64,000 bases of DNA from Candidatus Microgenomatus sp. Its GTDB lineage: Bacteria; Patescibacteriota; Microgenomatia; UBA8517. The notes under the pieces were generated by a model. It worked only from the letters and a program-made list of their open reading frames with translations, was not told the origin of the DNA and made no database searches. Location: NCBI GenBank assembly GCA_020724555.1, contig DYGT01000002.1, positions 40,271 through 104,270 on the forward strand, written 5' to 3'. Position numbers and translations under genes: made by a program. Shown here one piece after another: positions 9,678 through 18,227 of the stretch; position 1 is the first letter of the stretch, and every line of letters begins with the position of its first letter.

Positions 9678-10706
9678 ATGAAATTTCAAATACCAAATCA
9701 CAAATATCAAAGGGGTGTGTTACTGCGGGATCTGACAACTTTTCATACCGGTGGGCCAGCAAAGTATTATATTGAGATTGATGGACGAGAAGAATTGGTG
9801 GAAGCTGTGGAATGGGCGAGGAAGAACAATCTTTCGATTTTTGTGCTTGGTGGGGGAAGTGATATCTTGGTTTCGGATAAGGGGATTGACGGTCTTGTTA
9901 TCAGGCTTGTGAATAAAGATATTAAATTTGAGGATGAAAGGGTTTTGGCTGAGGCAGGTGCTGTCTGGGACGAGGTTGTGAGGCAAGCGGTTGAGCGAGG
10001 TTTGCAGGGAATAGAGTGCTTATCTGCCATACCGGGTACTGTGGGCGGGGCACCAGTTCAAAATATCGGAGCCTATGGTCAGGAGTTTAAGGATACTTTT
10101 GAGAGGCTTGTTGCTTATGATGTAAAACAGAGATCTTTTGTTGAGATGAAGAGTGGTCGGTGCAAATTTGGATACAGGGACAGCATTTTTAAAAAAGAGA
10201 GGGGAAGATATATCCTCTATGAGGTGATACTTAAGTTAGTAAAAGGGGGAGAGCCGAAAGCCAGTTATGGCTCTTTGATTGAGTATTTTGAAAAGAAGGG
10301 AATAAAAAAGCCAAGCTTAGTACAAGTCAGGAATGCGGTGGTTGACATAAGATCCCAAAAACTTGAAGATTGGAACGAAAACGGCAATGCAGGCTCGTTT
10401 TTTAAAAATCCAGAGATCACTATAGAAGAGTATGAAAAACTTAAGAGAAATTTTAGAGAAATCCCGGGCTATGTTAACGGTAGTTTAGTTAAGATTCCTG
10501 CGGGGTGGTTGATTGAACGAGCAGGTTGGAAGGGAAAGAGATATAAAAGCGCAGCGGTTTCCAGAAAGCATGCATTGATACTTATAAGTCTGGGGGAAAA
10601 AGGGCGAGCTCAGGATGTAAAAAGATTGGCAGAAAATATTATTGAAGATATTAATCTTAAATATGGAATAAGACTTGTTCCGGAGGTTGGGTTGATCGGT
10701 TTTTAA
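9678..10706 (+). CDS. murB: UDP-N-acetylenolpyruvoylglucosamine reductase MurB
   Basis: FAD-binding domain LRDLTTFHTGGPAKYYIEIDGREELVEAVEWARKNNLSIFVLGGGSDILV; start at MKFQ (alternatives 9636/9654) overlapping murA stop region. Confidence 0.8.
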   Translation: MKFQIPNHKYQRGVLLRDLTTFHTGGPAKYYIEIDGREELVEAVEWARKNNLSIFVLGGGSDILVSDKGIDGLVIRLVNKDIKFEDERVLAEAGAVWDEVVRQAVERGLQGIECLSAIPGTVGGAPVQNIGAYGQEFKDTFERLVAYDVKQRSFVEMKSGRCKFGYRDSIFKKERGRYILYEVILKLVKGGEPKASYGSLIEYFEKKGIKKPSLVQVRNAVVDIRSQKLEDWNENGNAGSFFKNPEITIEEYEKLKRNFREIPGYVNGSLVKIPAGWLIERAGWKGKRYKSAAVSRKHALILISLGEKGRAQDVKRLAENIIEDINLKYGIRLVPEVGLIGF

Positions 10707-10707
10707 C

Positions 10708-13488
10708 ATGAAATTTAATAAATTATTAAAGGATTTGGATTATCAAGCGTTTGGAAATATTCCCAAGGAGGTTTCCGGTGTTTTTGATGATTCCAGAAGG
10801 GTTGTGAAGGACGGAGTGTTTGTGGCTATTTCTGGGTTGACTGTTGATGGACACCAATTCATTCCCCAAGCAATTAAAAATGGAGCGAAAGTGGTTGTTG
10901 GCGAGGCAGATCCGAAAAAGTTAAAACTGGAAGGAGCTGTTTATGTTCGGGTAGATAATTCTCGCAAAGCTCTGGGGCTTTTGGCGGCAGCTTGGTATGA
11001 TAATCCTGCCAAAAAAATGAAAATCATTGGCGTTACCGGGACCGACGGCAAAACCACAACAGCCAATATGCTTTACCATATTTTAAAAAAATCTGGTAAG
11101 CGTGTTGGACTTATTTCCACAGTCAGCGCCAAAATCGGGGAAAAACAATACAATACCGGTCCCCATGTTACGAATCCTGAGCCCCTTGCCCTGCATAAAT
11201 TTTTAAACCAAATGGCCAAAAAGGGCTGCGAGTACGCAGTTTTGGAAGTGACTTCACATGGGCTAGATCAAGAAAGAGTAGCGGGGATTGATTTTGAGAT
11301 TGCGGTTTTAACCAATATCACCCACGAGCACCTTGATTATCACAAAACTTTTAGTGCTTATAAAAAAGCCAAGCTTAAACTTTTTCAAAATGCCAAAGTG
11401 GCGATTTTGAACAAAAATGACAAAAATTCAAACTGGATTAAAAAAAATATTAATTCCAAAGTGCTTTTTTATGGAAAAAACCAGCTTGCCAAACAAGAGT
11501 TTCTCGAACCTTATAATCAGCAAAATGCCAGTGCAGCAATTGCCGTTGCTAGATATTTGAAAATCCCTAAGACAAAGATTGCTCACGCACTGGAAAGTTT
11601 CCCGGGGGTAGAAGGGAGAATGCAGGAGGTTAAAAATAAACGGGATATAAAAATCATTATTGATTTTGCGCACACCCCTAATGGTTTAAAAAATGTGCTT
11701 GACGTACTTTCGAAAAACAAAAAAGGCAGACTGATTGCCGTGATTGCTTGTGAGGGAGAAAGGGACAGACAAAAGCGGCCAATGATGGCTGAAATTTCCG
11801 GCAGGTTAGCAGATGTTACCATTTTAAATGCAATTGATTTAAGAAGCGAAAAGGCCAAGAATATTATTTCGGATATGCAAAAAGGAATAAAGAAGACAAA
11901 AGGGCAATATTTTAAGATTGAAGACCGCGCAAAAGCAATTGCTTTTGCGCTCAACCAAGCCCAAAAAGGCGATACTGTCGTGCTTTGCGGCAAAGGCCAT
12001 GAAAAAAGTATGAATTTGGGAGGAAAAAAGGAACGCCCATGGTCAGACGAAAAAGTTGTGAAATCTTTTCTTAAAAAAACAGGCGAAATCACAAAATTTA
12101 AAAGAATTCATTTTACCGGAATAAAGGGTGTAGGTATGGCTTCTTTGGCAATTTGTTGCCAAGACTTAGGGATTAAGGTGCGAGGGAGTGATATTGATGA
12201 AGTCTTCGTGACCGATGAAACACTGAAAAAAGCCAATATTAAATGGTTTCATGGGTTTAAGGCGAGCAATCTAAAAATGAAGCCTGATTTATTAGTAACA
12301 ACGGGAGCCCATGGGGGGTTGAATAATCCTGAAGTTCTGGCTGCTAAAAAAAGGGGTATTTCGGTGATGACCCACGCTGAAGCCTTGGGTTTTTTAGCTG
12401 CCAAAAAAGAATTAATTGCCGTTTGTGGAGTTGGTGGCAAAACAACCACCTCTTCCATGATAGCCACCATTTTAGAAAAAGCTGGCGAGAAACCCTCTTT
12501 TGCAATTGGGGTGGGTAATATCTTCCCGATCAATACTCCGGGAAAATTTTCAACCGGCAGGCATTTTGTCTGCGAAGCTGACGAATATGCTGTTTCTCCG
12601 GGTATTGATATGCGGCCGCGGTTTTCTTTTCTTAACCCCAAGATTTTAGTAGTAACTAATATTGAGCACGATCACCCGGATGTTTATCCTACCTTTGCCG
12701 ATACTAAAAAGACTTTTATTCAATTTTTTAAGAGAATTCCCAAAGACGGCTGGTTAATTGCAAATCTTGATAATAAAAATATTGCCAGCTTAATAACTAC
12801 TCTTCGGGAGGAGGAGGTTCCAATTCAAACTTATGGTCTAAGCAAAAAGGCCGATTGGCAAATTGGCGATGTCAAAATCAGTAGAGGAGAAACTACTTTT
12901 TCACTGAAGCGTAAAAAACAAAAAATTCAGGGAATAAAAATAACTGTCCCGGGTGAATATAACATTCATAACGCCGCTGCGGCAATCATCTCAACGCTTT
13001 TTGCCGGCGTAAGTCTGAGTAAAATAAAGGACGGAATTTCAGCTTACCAAGGGTGTAGGAGGCGGTTTGAGAAAATGGGTTTATCCAAAGGAGTTTTGTT
13101 TTATGATGATTATGCCCACCATCCAGCAGAAATAAAAGCCGCCTTAAAAGCAGCCCGGGATTGGTTTCCTAAAGAAAAACTAATCGTTGTTTTCCAGCCC
13201 CATACATATTCGCGGACAAAAATGCTTTTTGACGATTTTGCTAAATCTTTTAGGAAAGCAGATACAGTTGCCTTAATGGATATTTATGCTTCAGCCAGAG
13301 AATCCCAGGATTTAACGGTCTCTTCAAAAAAGCTTGCAGCTGAAATGAAAAAATGGCAGAAAAATGTCTTTTATACCAAAGGTCACCAAGAAACAATTTC
13401 CTGGTTAAAGAAAAACGCCCAAAAAGGAAATGTGGTTTTAACGCTTGGGGCCGGCGATATCTTTCACCTCTACAATAAGCTCTTCTAG
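10708..13488 (+). CDS. murE/murC: bifunctional Mur ligase: UDP-MurNAc-L-Ala-D-Glu:diamino-acid ligase (MurE) fused in frame to UDP-MurNAc:L-alanine ligase (MurC)
   Basis: 926-aa single ORF. aa 1-~455 is MurE-like (P-loop GVTGTDGKTTT, C-terminal GKGHEKSMNLGGKKERPWSDEKVV). From aa ~460, MurC N-terminus (KRIHFTGIKGVGMASLA) and second P-loop AVCGVGGKTTTSSM. No stop at the junction KSFLKK/TGEITKF. Confidence 0.8.
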   Translation: MKFNKLLKDLDYQAFGNIPKEVSGVFDDSRRVVKDGVFVAISGLTVDGHQFIPQAIKNGAKVVVGEADPKKLKLEGAVYVRVDNSRKALGLLAAAWYDNPAKKMKIIGVTGTDGKTTTANMLYHILKKSGKRVGLISTVSAKIGEKQYNTGPHVTNPEPLALHKFLNQMAKKGCEYAVLEVTSHGLDQERVAGIDFEIAVLTNITHEHLDYHKTFSAYKKAKLKLFQNAKVAILNKNDKNSNWIKKNINSKVLFYGKNQLAKQEFLEPYNQQNASAAIAVARYLKIPKTKIAHALESFPGVEGRMQEVKNKRDIKIIIDFAHTPNGLKNVLDVLSKNKKGRLIAVIACEGERDRQKRPMMAEISGRLADVTILNAIDLRSEKAKNIISDMQKGIKKTKGQYFKIEDRAKAIAFALNQAQKGDTVVLCGKGHEKSMNLGGKKERPWSDEKVVKSFLKKTGEITKFKRIHFTGIKGVGMASLAICCQDLGIKVRGSDIDEVFVTDETLKKANIKWFHGFKASNLKMKPDLLVTTGAHGGLNNPEVLAAKKRGISVMTHAEALGFLAAKKELIAVCGVGGKTTTSSMIATILEKAGEKPSFAIGVGNIFPINTPGKFSTGRHFVCEADEYAVSPGIDMRPRFSFLNPKILVVTNIEHDHPDVYPTFADTKKTFIQFFKRIPKDGWLIANLDNKNIASLITTLREEEVPIQTYGLSKKADWQIGDVKISRGETTFSLKRKKQKIQGIKITVPGEYNIHNAAAAIISTLFAGVSLSKIKDGISAYQGCRRRFEKMGLSKGVLFYDDYAHHPAEIKAALKAARDWFPKEKLIVVFQPHTYSRTKMLFDDFAKSFRKADTVALMDIYASARESQDLTVSSKKLAAEMKKWQKNVFYTKGHQETISWLKKNAQKGNVVLTLGAGDIFHLYNKLF

Positions 13489-13553
13489 TCCCACATAAAT
13501 ATTGCCGCTGGCTGTTCTACTTGTGCTATATTATATATAATTTATCCGGATTA

Positions 13554-14873
13554 ATGAGCAAAAGTACGAAAAATCTAAAAGTGGCGGTTTTAGGACTGGG
13601 TTTGGAAGGTAAAGATTTAGTCAACTTTTTACAAAAGCAAGGGTACTCATTAACTATTATTGATGAGAAACCCAAAAAGGAATTAGATTTGACGGAAATT
13701 AAGACTAAAGGCCTAGCTTTTATTTGCGGTCCGAACTCATTTGCAAGGGCAAATTTGCAAAATTTTGATATTGTTTTCCGCTCACCCGGAATTTATCGCT
13801 TCCGCAAAGAGCTGGTGAAGGCAGAAAAGCAAGGTACAAAAATTAGTAGCGCATTAAAACTTTTTTTTGACTTGTGTCCGGCGAAAATCATTGGGGTAAC
13901 TGGGACAAAAGGCAAAGGCACGACCAGCACTTTAATTTATGAAATTTTGAAAAATTCAAACAAAGATGTTTATCTAGCCGGAAATATTGGCAAGCCTTAT
14001 CTAGGATTATTGCCAAAATTAAAAAAAGATTCTTGGGTGGTTTTGGAACTTTCTTCTTTTCAGTTAATTGATTTAGAAAAAAGCCCGTATATTGCTGTGG
14101 TTTTAAACATTACTTCCGACCATCTTGATTGGCACAAGGACAGAGAGGAGTATGTGGATGCCAAGAAAAACATTGTCAAACATCAGAAAAAATCAGATTT
14201 TGCAATTCTGAGTAAAGATTATCAAACGCCAAAAAGTTTTGCCAAAAGCACATCACAAGTCGTATTTTTCTCAAAGAAAAATCTGCAGCAGAAATACCGC
14301 GAAAACTTACTTTTGCGAGGTGAACATAATTTGGAAAATATATCTGCGGCCGTAACAGTTGCCAAGATCTTAAAAATAAAAGATGAAGTTGTAACTCAAG
14401 TTTTAAGAAATTTTAAGGGGTTGGAGCACCGTTTGGAGTTGGTTAGAGAAATTAAGGGAGTGACTTTCTATAATGATTCTTTTGCCACCAGTCCTCAGCC
14501 GACGATGGCAGCCCTGGCTTCTTTTATTGAACCCACAACGGTGATTTTGGGTGGTTATGATAAGCAGCTTGAATATGACGAACTGGGGCGATTTATAGCT
14601 AAACGCAAAAATGTTTCGACGGTGATCTTAATTGGCGATACTGCCTCAAAAATCAAAAAAAGCATTAATAAAGCCAGATTTAAAGGAAAAATAATTAAGT
14701 TAGGCAAATCCAAAATGGAAGAAATTGTTGAATGCGCTTTTAGTGAAACCCCAAAAGGCGGAATTGTGCTTCTTTCTCCCGCCGCTGCTTCTTTTGATAT
14801 GTTTAGGGATTACAAAGAGCGCGGGGAAAAGTTTAAACAAAGCGTATACAAACTAGGAATATCAATCTACTGA
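13554..14873 (+). CDS. murD: UDP-N-acetylmuramoylalanine--D-glutamate ligase MurD
   Basis: N-terminal Rossmann KVAVLGLGLEGKDLVNFL and P-loop GVTGTKGKGTTSTL; start taken at MSKSTKNL (ORF track 13521). Confidence 0.85.
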   Translation: MSKSTKNLKVAVLGLGLEGKDLVNFLQKQGYSLTIIDEKPKKELDLTEIKTKGLAFICGPNSFARANLQNFDIVFRSPGIYRFRKELVKAEKQGTKISSALKLFFDLCPAKIIGVTGTKGKGTTSTLIYEILKNSNKDVYLAGNIGKPYLGLLPKLKKDSWVVLELSSFQLIDLEKSPYIAVVLNITSDHLDWHKDREEYVDAKKNIVKHQKKSDFAILSKDYQTPKSFAKSTSQVVFFSKKNLQQKYRENLLLRGEHNLENISAAVTVAKILKIKDEVVTQVLRNFKGLEHRLELVREIKGVTFYNDSFATSPQPTMAALASFIEPTTVILGGYDKQLEYDELGRFIAKRKNVSTVILIGDTASKIKKSINKARFKGKIIKLGKSKMEEIVECAFSETPKGGIVLLSPAAASFDMFRDYKERGEKFKQSVYKLGISIY

Positions 14874-14897
14874 ACCAGTGTCTGGGGTTCAATCTTA

Positions 14898-14917
14898 CCT
14901 GCCTGCCGGCAGGCAGG
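14898..14917. repeat. perfect 20-bp GC-rich palindrome CCTGCCTGCCGGCAGGCAGG in murD-ddl intergenic region
   Basis: Read directly; self-complementary with no loop; stands out in AT-rich background; no downstream U-tract. Confidence 0.7.
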
Positions 14918-14953
14918 CTCATGAAGTTTCACTTAGCATGATAAAATATAATT

Positions 14954-16108
14954 ATGAATAAAAAAACTGTAGCGGTATTATTTGGCGGCAAATCACCGGA
15001 ACACGAAGTGTCGATTATAACGGCAATACAACTCATGTACGCCTTAAAAGGCGCAGGGCACGAAGCCTTACCTGTTTATATAAGCAAAGAGGGGCAGTGG
15101 TATTTGGGTGACGATAGTTTTTGGGACCCCAAGACCTTTTCAGATCAAAAGAAAGCAATCTATAAAAAACCAAAAATATTTTTACCGGTTGGACAAGCAG
15201 AAAATTTCTATTTACAGGAATTGCCGGAATATTTATCTTTTTTTAAAACTCAACAGAAATTTAATTTCGACATCGCCTTTCCTTGCTTACATGGCCGAAA
15301 CGGTGAAGACGGTTCAATCCAAGGAGTATTGGAATTAGCAAATGTACCGTATGTAGGTTGTGGAGTAGATTCCTCCGCGATAGGTATAGATAAAGCATTG
15401 TCAAAAAATATAGCGCAAAACCTTGGAATTCCCGTTTTACAGCATATTATTTTAGAAAAAGGACAAAAGTTACCTTTAGGCATTAAATATCCGGTCTATG
15501 TAAAACCCGCAAGACTAGGCTCTTCAATAGGGATTTCTAGAGCTAATAATGAAACAGAACTGAAAGATGCTTTAGAAGTGGCTTATTTTTATGATACGAA
15601 AGTATTGATCGAAGAAGCAGCAAAAGATTTTATTGAGGTAAACATTTCCCTTATTGGTAACGGGCCTTATGAAGCATCACCCACGGAACAGCCACTTGCT
15701 ACTTCTGAAATTCTTAGTTTTGAGGATAAATATCTTTCCCACGAGGGAAATACAAAAGGTATGGCTACTGCCAAAAGGAAAATACCGGCTCCTATCAAAA
15801 ATGCCACAACTAAAAAAATCCAAGACTATGCGAAACAATTTTTTAAAACAATCAACGGAAAAGGTATCTGCAGGATAGATTTTATTGTAAGTAAAGACGA
15901 GAAAAAAGTTTACTTTAATGAAATAAACACTCTGCCGGGATCATTATCTTTTTATTTGTGGAAAGAAGCCGGGGTTAGTTTTTCTGAACTTGTTGACAAA
16001 CTTGTTAAGTTTGGCCTTGAAGAATATAAACAAAAGCAAAACTTAATTACAACATTTGAAAGTAATATTCTTTCTTCATTCAAGGGAGCAAAAGCCGTAA
16101 AGCTTTAA
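14954..16108 (+). CDS. ddl: D-alanine--D-alanine ligase
   Basis: KTVAVLFGGKSPEHEVSIITA N-terminal motif and ATP-grasp core; 384 aa. Confidence 0.85.
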   Translation: MNKKTVAVLFGGKSPEHEVSIITAIQLMYALKGAGHEALPVYISKEGQWYLGDDSFWDPKTFSDQKKAIYKKPKIFLPVGQAENFYLQELPEYLSFFKTQQKFNFDIAFPCLHGRNGEDGSIQGVLELANVPYVGCGVDSSAIGIDKALSKNIAQNLGIPVLQHIILEKGQKLPLGIKYPVYVKPARLGSSIGISRANNETELKDALEVAYFYDTKVLIEEAAKDFIEVNISLIGNGPYEASPTEQPLATSEILSFEDKYLSHEGNTKGMATAKRKIPAPIKNATTKKIQDYAKQFFKTINGKGICRIDFIVSKDEKKVYFNEINTLPGSLSFYLWKEAGVSFSELVDKLVKFGLEEYKQKQNLITTFESNILSSFKGAKAVKL

Positions 16109-17478
16109 TAATTATCAGTCAAATCATTTTCAAGAAATATCCAATCATATTTCTCGTCTACGTATTTTTGTATATATTTTTGATAATCCTGCTTATTATC
16201 CGATATAAATATGCTTTTTTTGCCAGATGCTTGTTTTAAAGCTTCAGTACGCCTGCTTTTGCCAACTAAGACTATTTGGTCAAACGAATCTTTTGCTAAC
16301 GCACCCAGTTTTTTATGGACACTACTCTCTTTATTGCCCAGCTCTACTATGCCAGGAGTTATAAGCACTTTTCTGCCCGAGATGCTTTTGGCTGTTTTAA
16401 TTGTCTGTTTAAAGCTTTCCAGATTACTACTATATGTATTGTCAACTATTCTTGTATTCCCAAGTTTTTTAACAATAAAGCGATTTGAAAATGGTTTAAG
16501 ATTATTTAAGGCTTTTATAACTTCCTTTGGCTTCATACCAAGCTTTAAAGCCATCTCAGACGCAAGACAAATGTTTTGTGCTTGTGCTTCTCCGAAAAGA
16601 TTAGCAGTTATTGAGTATGTATTTTTGTCTATAACTATTTTCAGAAGCATTCCGTTTTTTGTGAGTTTTAGTGATACCAGCTTTATTTTAGGTTTTGAAA
16701 CTTTATAATTACGCTTTTTAATCTCAGCGTTAATATTTTTGTTTTCTAAATTAAAAACAATTCGCTTTAGATTATTTACTGCTTCAACCAATTCAAACTT
16801 GGCAGATACAATATTTTTAAGACTGCCAAAACGCGCAAGGTGCTGATAAGTAATACCTGTTAATATCCCGTAGTCGGGTTTTACCATATCGCAAATTTCT
16901 GAGATTTCTCCTTTTTTATAAGCACCCATTTCACAAATAAACATTTCGTATCTATGCTCAAGTTCATAATCAACCACCTTTGCGACACCCAGCCAGGTAT
17001 TATAGCTTTCCGGTGTGCGAAGAGTTTTATATTTTGTACTCAGAATCTGATACAAAATCTCTTTAACAGATGTTTTGGCATAGCTGCCGGTTATGCCAAT
17101 CACTTTTAAGTTTGGTAGATTGTTTATCTTTTTTCTGGTTTTTTGTTTAATTCTTAATTTATTTAAATATTCGTATGGCCAAAGCGTTGCTATTGCCATA
17201 AAAAAAAGCAGATAAGGTTGAGAGGCTAGTAGCAAACTAACGACAATTCCAGCTAATGGTGAGGAAAAGACAAAGACGCCTAAGATTGTTAGCCACCATA
17301 TAAAAGCGAGCGCGAGTATTAGTTTAACTTTGTTGGTATAAACCAACTCTCTTTTTTGTTCTAGTTTTCTTTTGAAAAGATTATTGCGATACCAATTTAG
17401 GAATCTTAAAGGCTTATATTCTTCTAATTGAAAAATGTGCAGATGTGTTTTGATGGGGAAGATAATATTAAGTTTCAT
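16105..17478 (-). CDS. murF: MurF-like Mur ligase (UDP-MurNAc-tripeptide--D-Ala-D-Ala ligase family) with N-terminal two-helix membrane anchor replacing the usual N-domain
   Basis: VIGITGSYAKTS P-loop variant, TPESYNTWLGV, EMGAYKKGEISEICDMVKPDYGILTGITYQHL, GEAQAQNICLA, DNTYSSNLES blocks match MurF order; N-terminal ~110 aa contain two hydrophobic helices (LILALAFIWWLTILGVFVF; LAGIVVSLLLASQPYLLFFMAIATLW). Confidence 0.65.
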   Translation of the reverse strand: MKLNIIFPIKTHLHIFQLEEYKPLRFLNWYRNNLFKRKLEQKRELVYTNKVKLILALAFIWWLTILGVFVFSSPLAGIVVSLLLASQPYLLFFMAIATLWPYEYLNKLRIKQKTRKKINNLPNLKVIGITGSYAKTSVKEILYQILSTKYKTLRTPESYNTWLGVAKVVDYELEHRYEMFICEMGAYKKGEISEICDMVKPDYGILTGITYQHLARFGSLKNIVSAKFELVEAVNNLKRIVFNLENKNINAEIKKRNYKVSKPKIKLVSLKLTKNGMLLKIVIDKNTYSITANLFGEAQAQNICLASEMALKLGMKPKEVIKALNNLKPFSNRFIVKKLGNTRIVDNTYSSNLESFKQTIKTAKSISGRKVLITPGIVELGNKESSVHKKLGALAKDSFDQIVLVGKSRRTEALKQASGKKSIFISDNKQDYQKYIQKYVDEKYDWIFLENDLTDNY

Positions 17479-18203
17479 AGGTATTCATCTATTATCCTTA
17501 GGAGCCTATCTGGGTCCGTAATGTGGGGTGAATGATTTGCTTTCCACAGTACTCTTAGTTCTGAACCTGGTATTAGCCTTTTTAGCTTCTTGGACCATTT
17601 TAGATTGACCTGTTCATCCCTTTCGGGCCAGATAATAAGCGTGTCACTACTTATTTTTTTGGCCTCTTTATCAACTTTAATAGGCGCGACTCTTTTAAAA
17701 GTGGGAAGGAGTTTACCGGCAGTTTTATAATCATAAGAATATAAATAAGTAACACCCTTAAAGGCATTAGTCCATGGTAGAAATTTAAACATTTTAATCA
17801 AAATAATTTTTAATCTTGTAAAAATACCTCTTTCTTCAATACCGGATGGGGAGATTAAAATTAATTTGCTTACAGCACTGTTGTTTTTGGAAGTATGGGC
17901 AATTGCTATTTTACCTCCAAAAGAATGGCCGATGAGTATATAGTTTTTTAGTTTGAATTTTTTTATTAAAGATGAAACAAAACTAAGATAATCCTCAAAA
18001 CTATAATTTATTTCGCCTTTCTTAAAACTACCAAATCCCAAAAGATCGGGAACAAAAATTCTGTATTTTTGGCCCAGTCGTATGGCGACTTTTTCCCAAT
18101 CTTTTGCACTTTGTCCCCATCCATGAAGTATTAATATATCTTTTTTGTTTTTATCCCCGAAAACTTTGTAATTAATAAGATAGTTGTCAATAGTAGTTTG
18201 CAT
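17475..18203 (-). CDS. alpha/beta-fold hydrolase
   Basis: ILILHGWGQS and nucleophile elbow LIGHSFGGKIA (GxSxG); 4-nt overlap with downstream murF-like gene. Confidence 0.7.
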   Translation of the reverse strand: MQTTIDNYLINYKVFGDKNKKDILILHGWGQSAKDWEKVAIRLGQKYRIFVPDLLGFGSFKKGEINYSFEDYLSFVSSLIKKFKLKNYILIGHSFGGKIAIAHTSKNNSAVSKLILISPSGIEERGIFTRLKIILIKMFKFLPWTNAFKGVTYLYSYDYKTAGKLLPTFKRVAPIKVDKEAKKISSDTLIIWPERDEQVNLKWSKKLKRLIPGSELRVLWKANHSPHITDPDRLLRIIDEYL

Positions 18204-18227
18204 CTATAGTATAATACTAAACTAAGC

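Noticed and set aside
14947-14952. TATAAT abutting the ddl start codon as a leaderless promoter
   Set aside because: Only 1 nt separates it from the ATG, so a transcript would start inside the ORF; likely just AT-rich sequence (unlike ruvC and uvrB where spacing is 6-8 nt).
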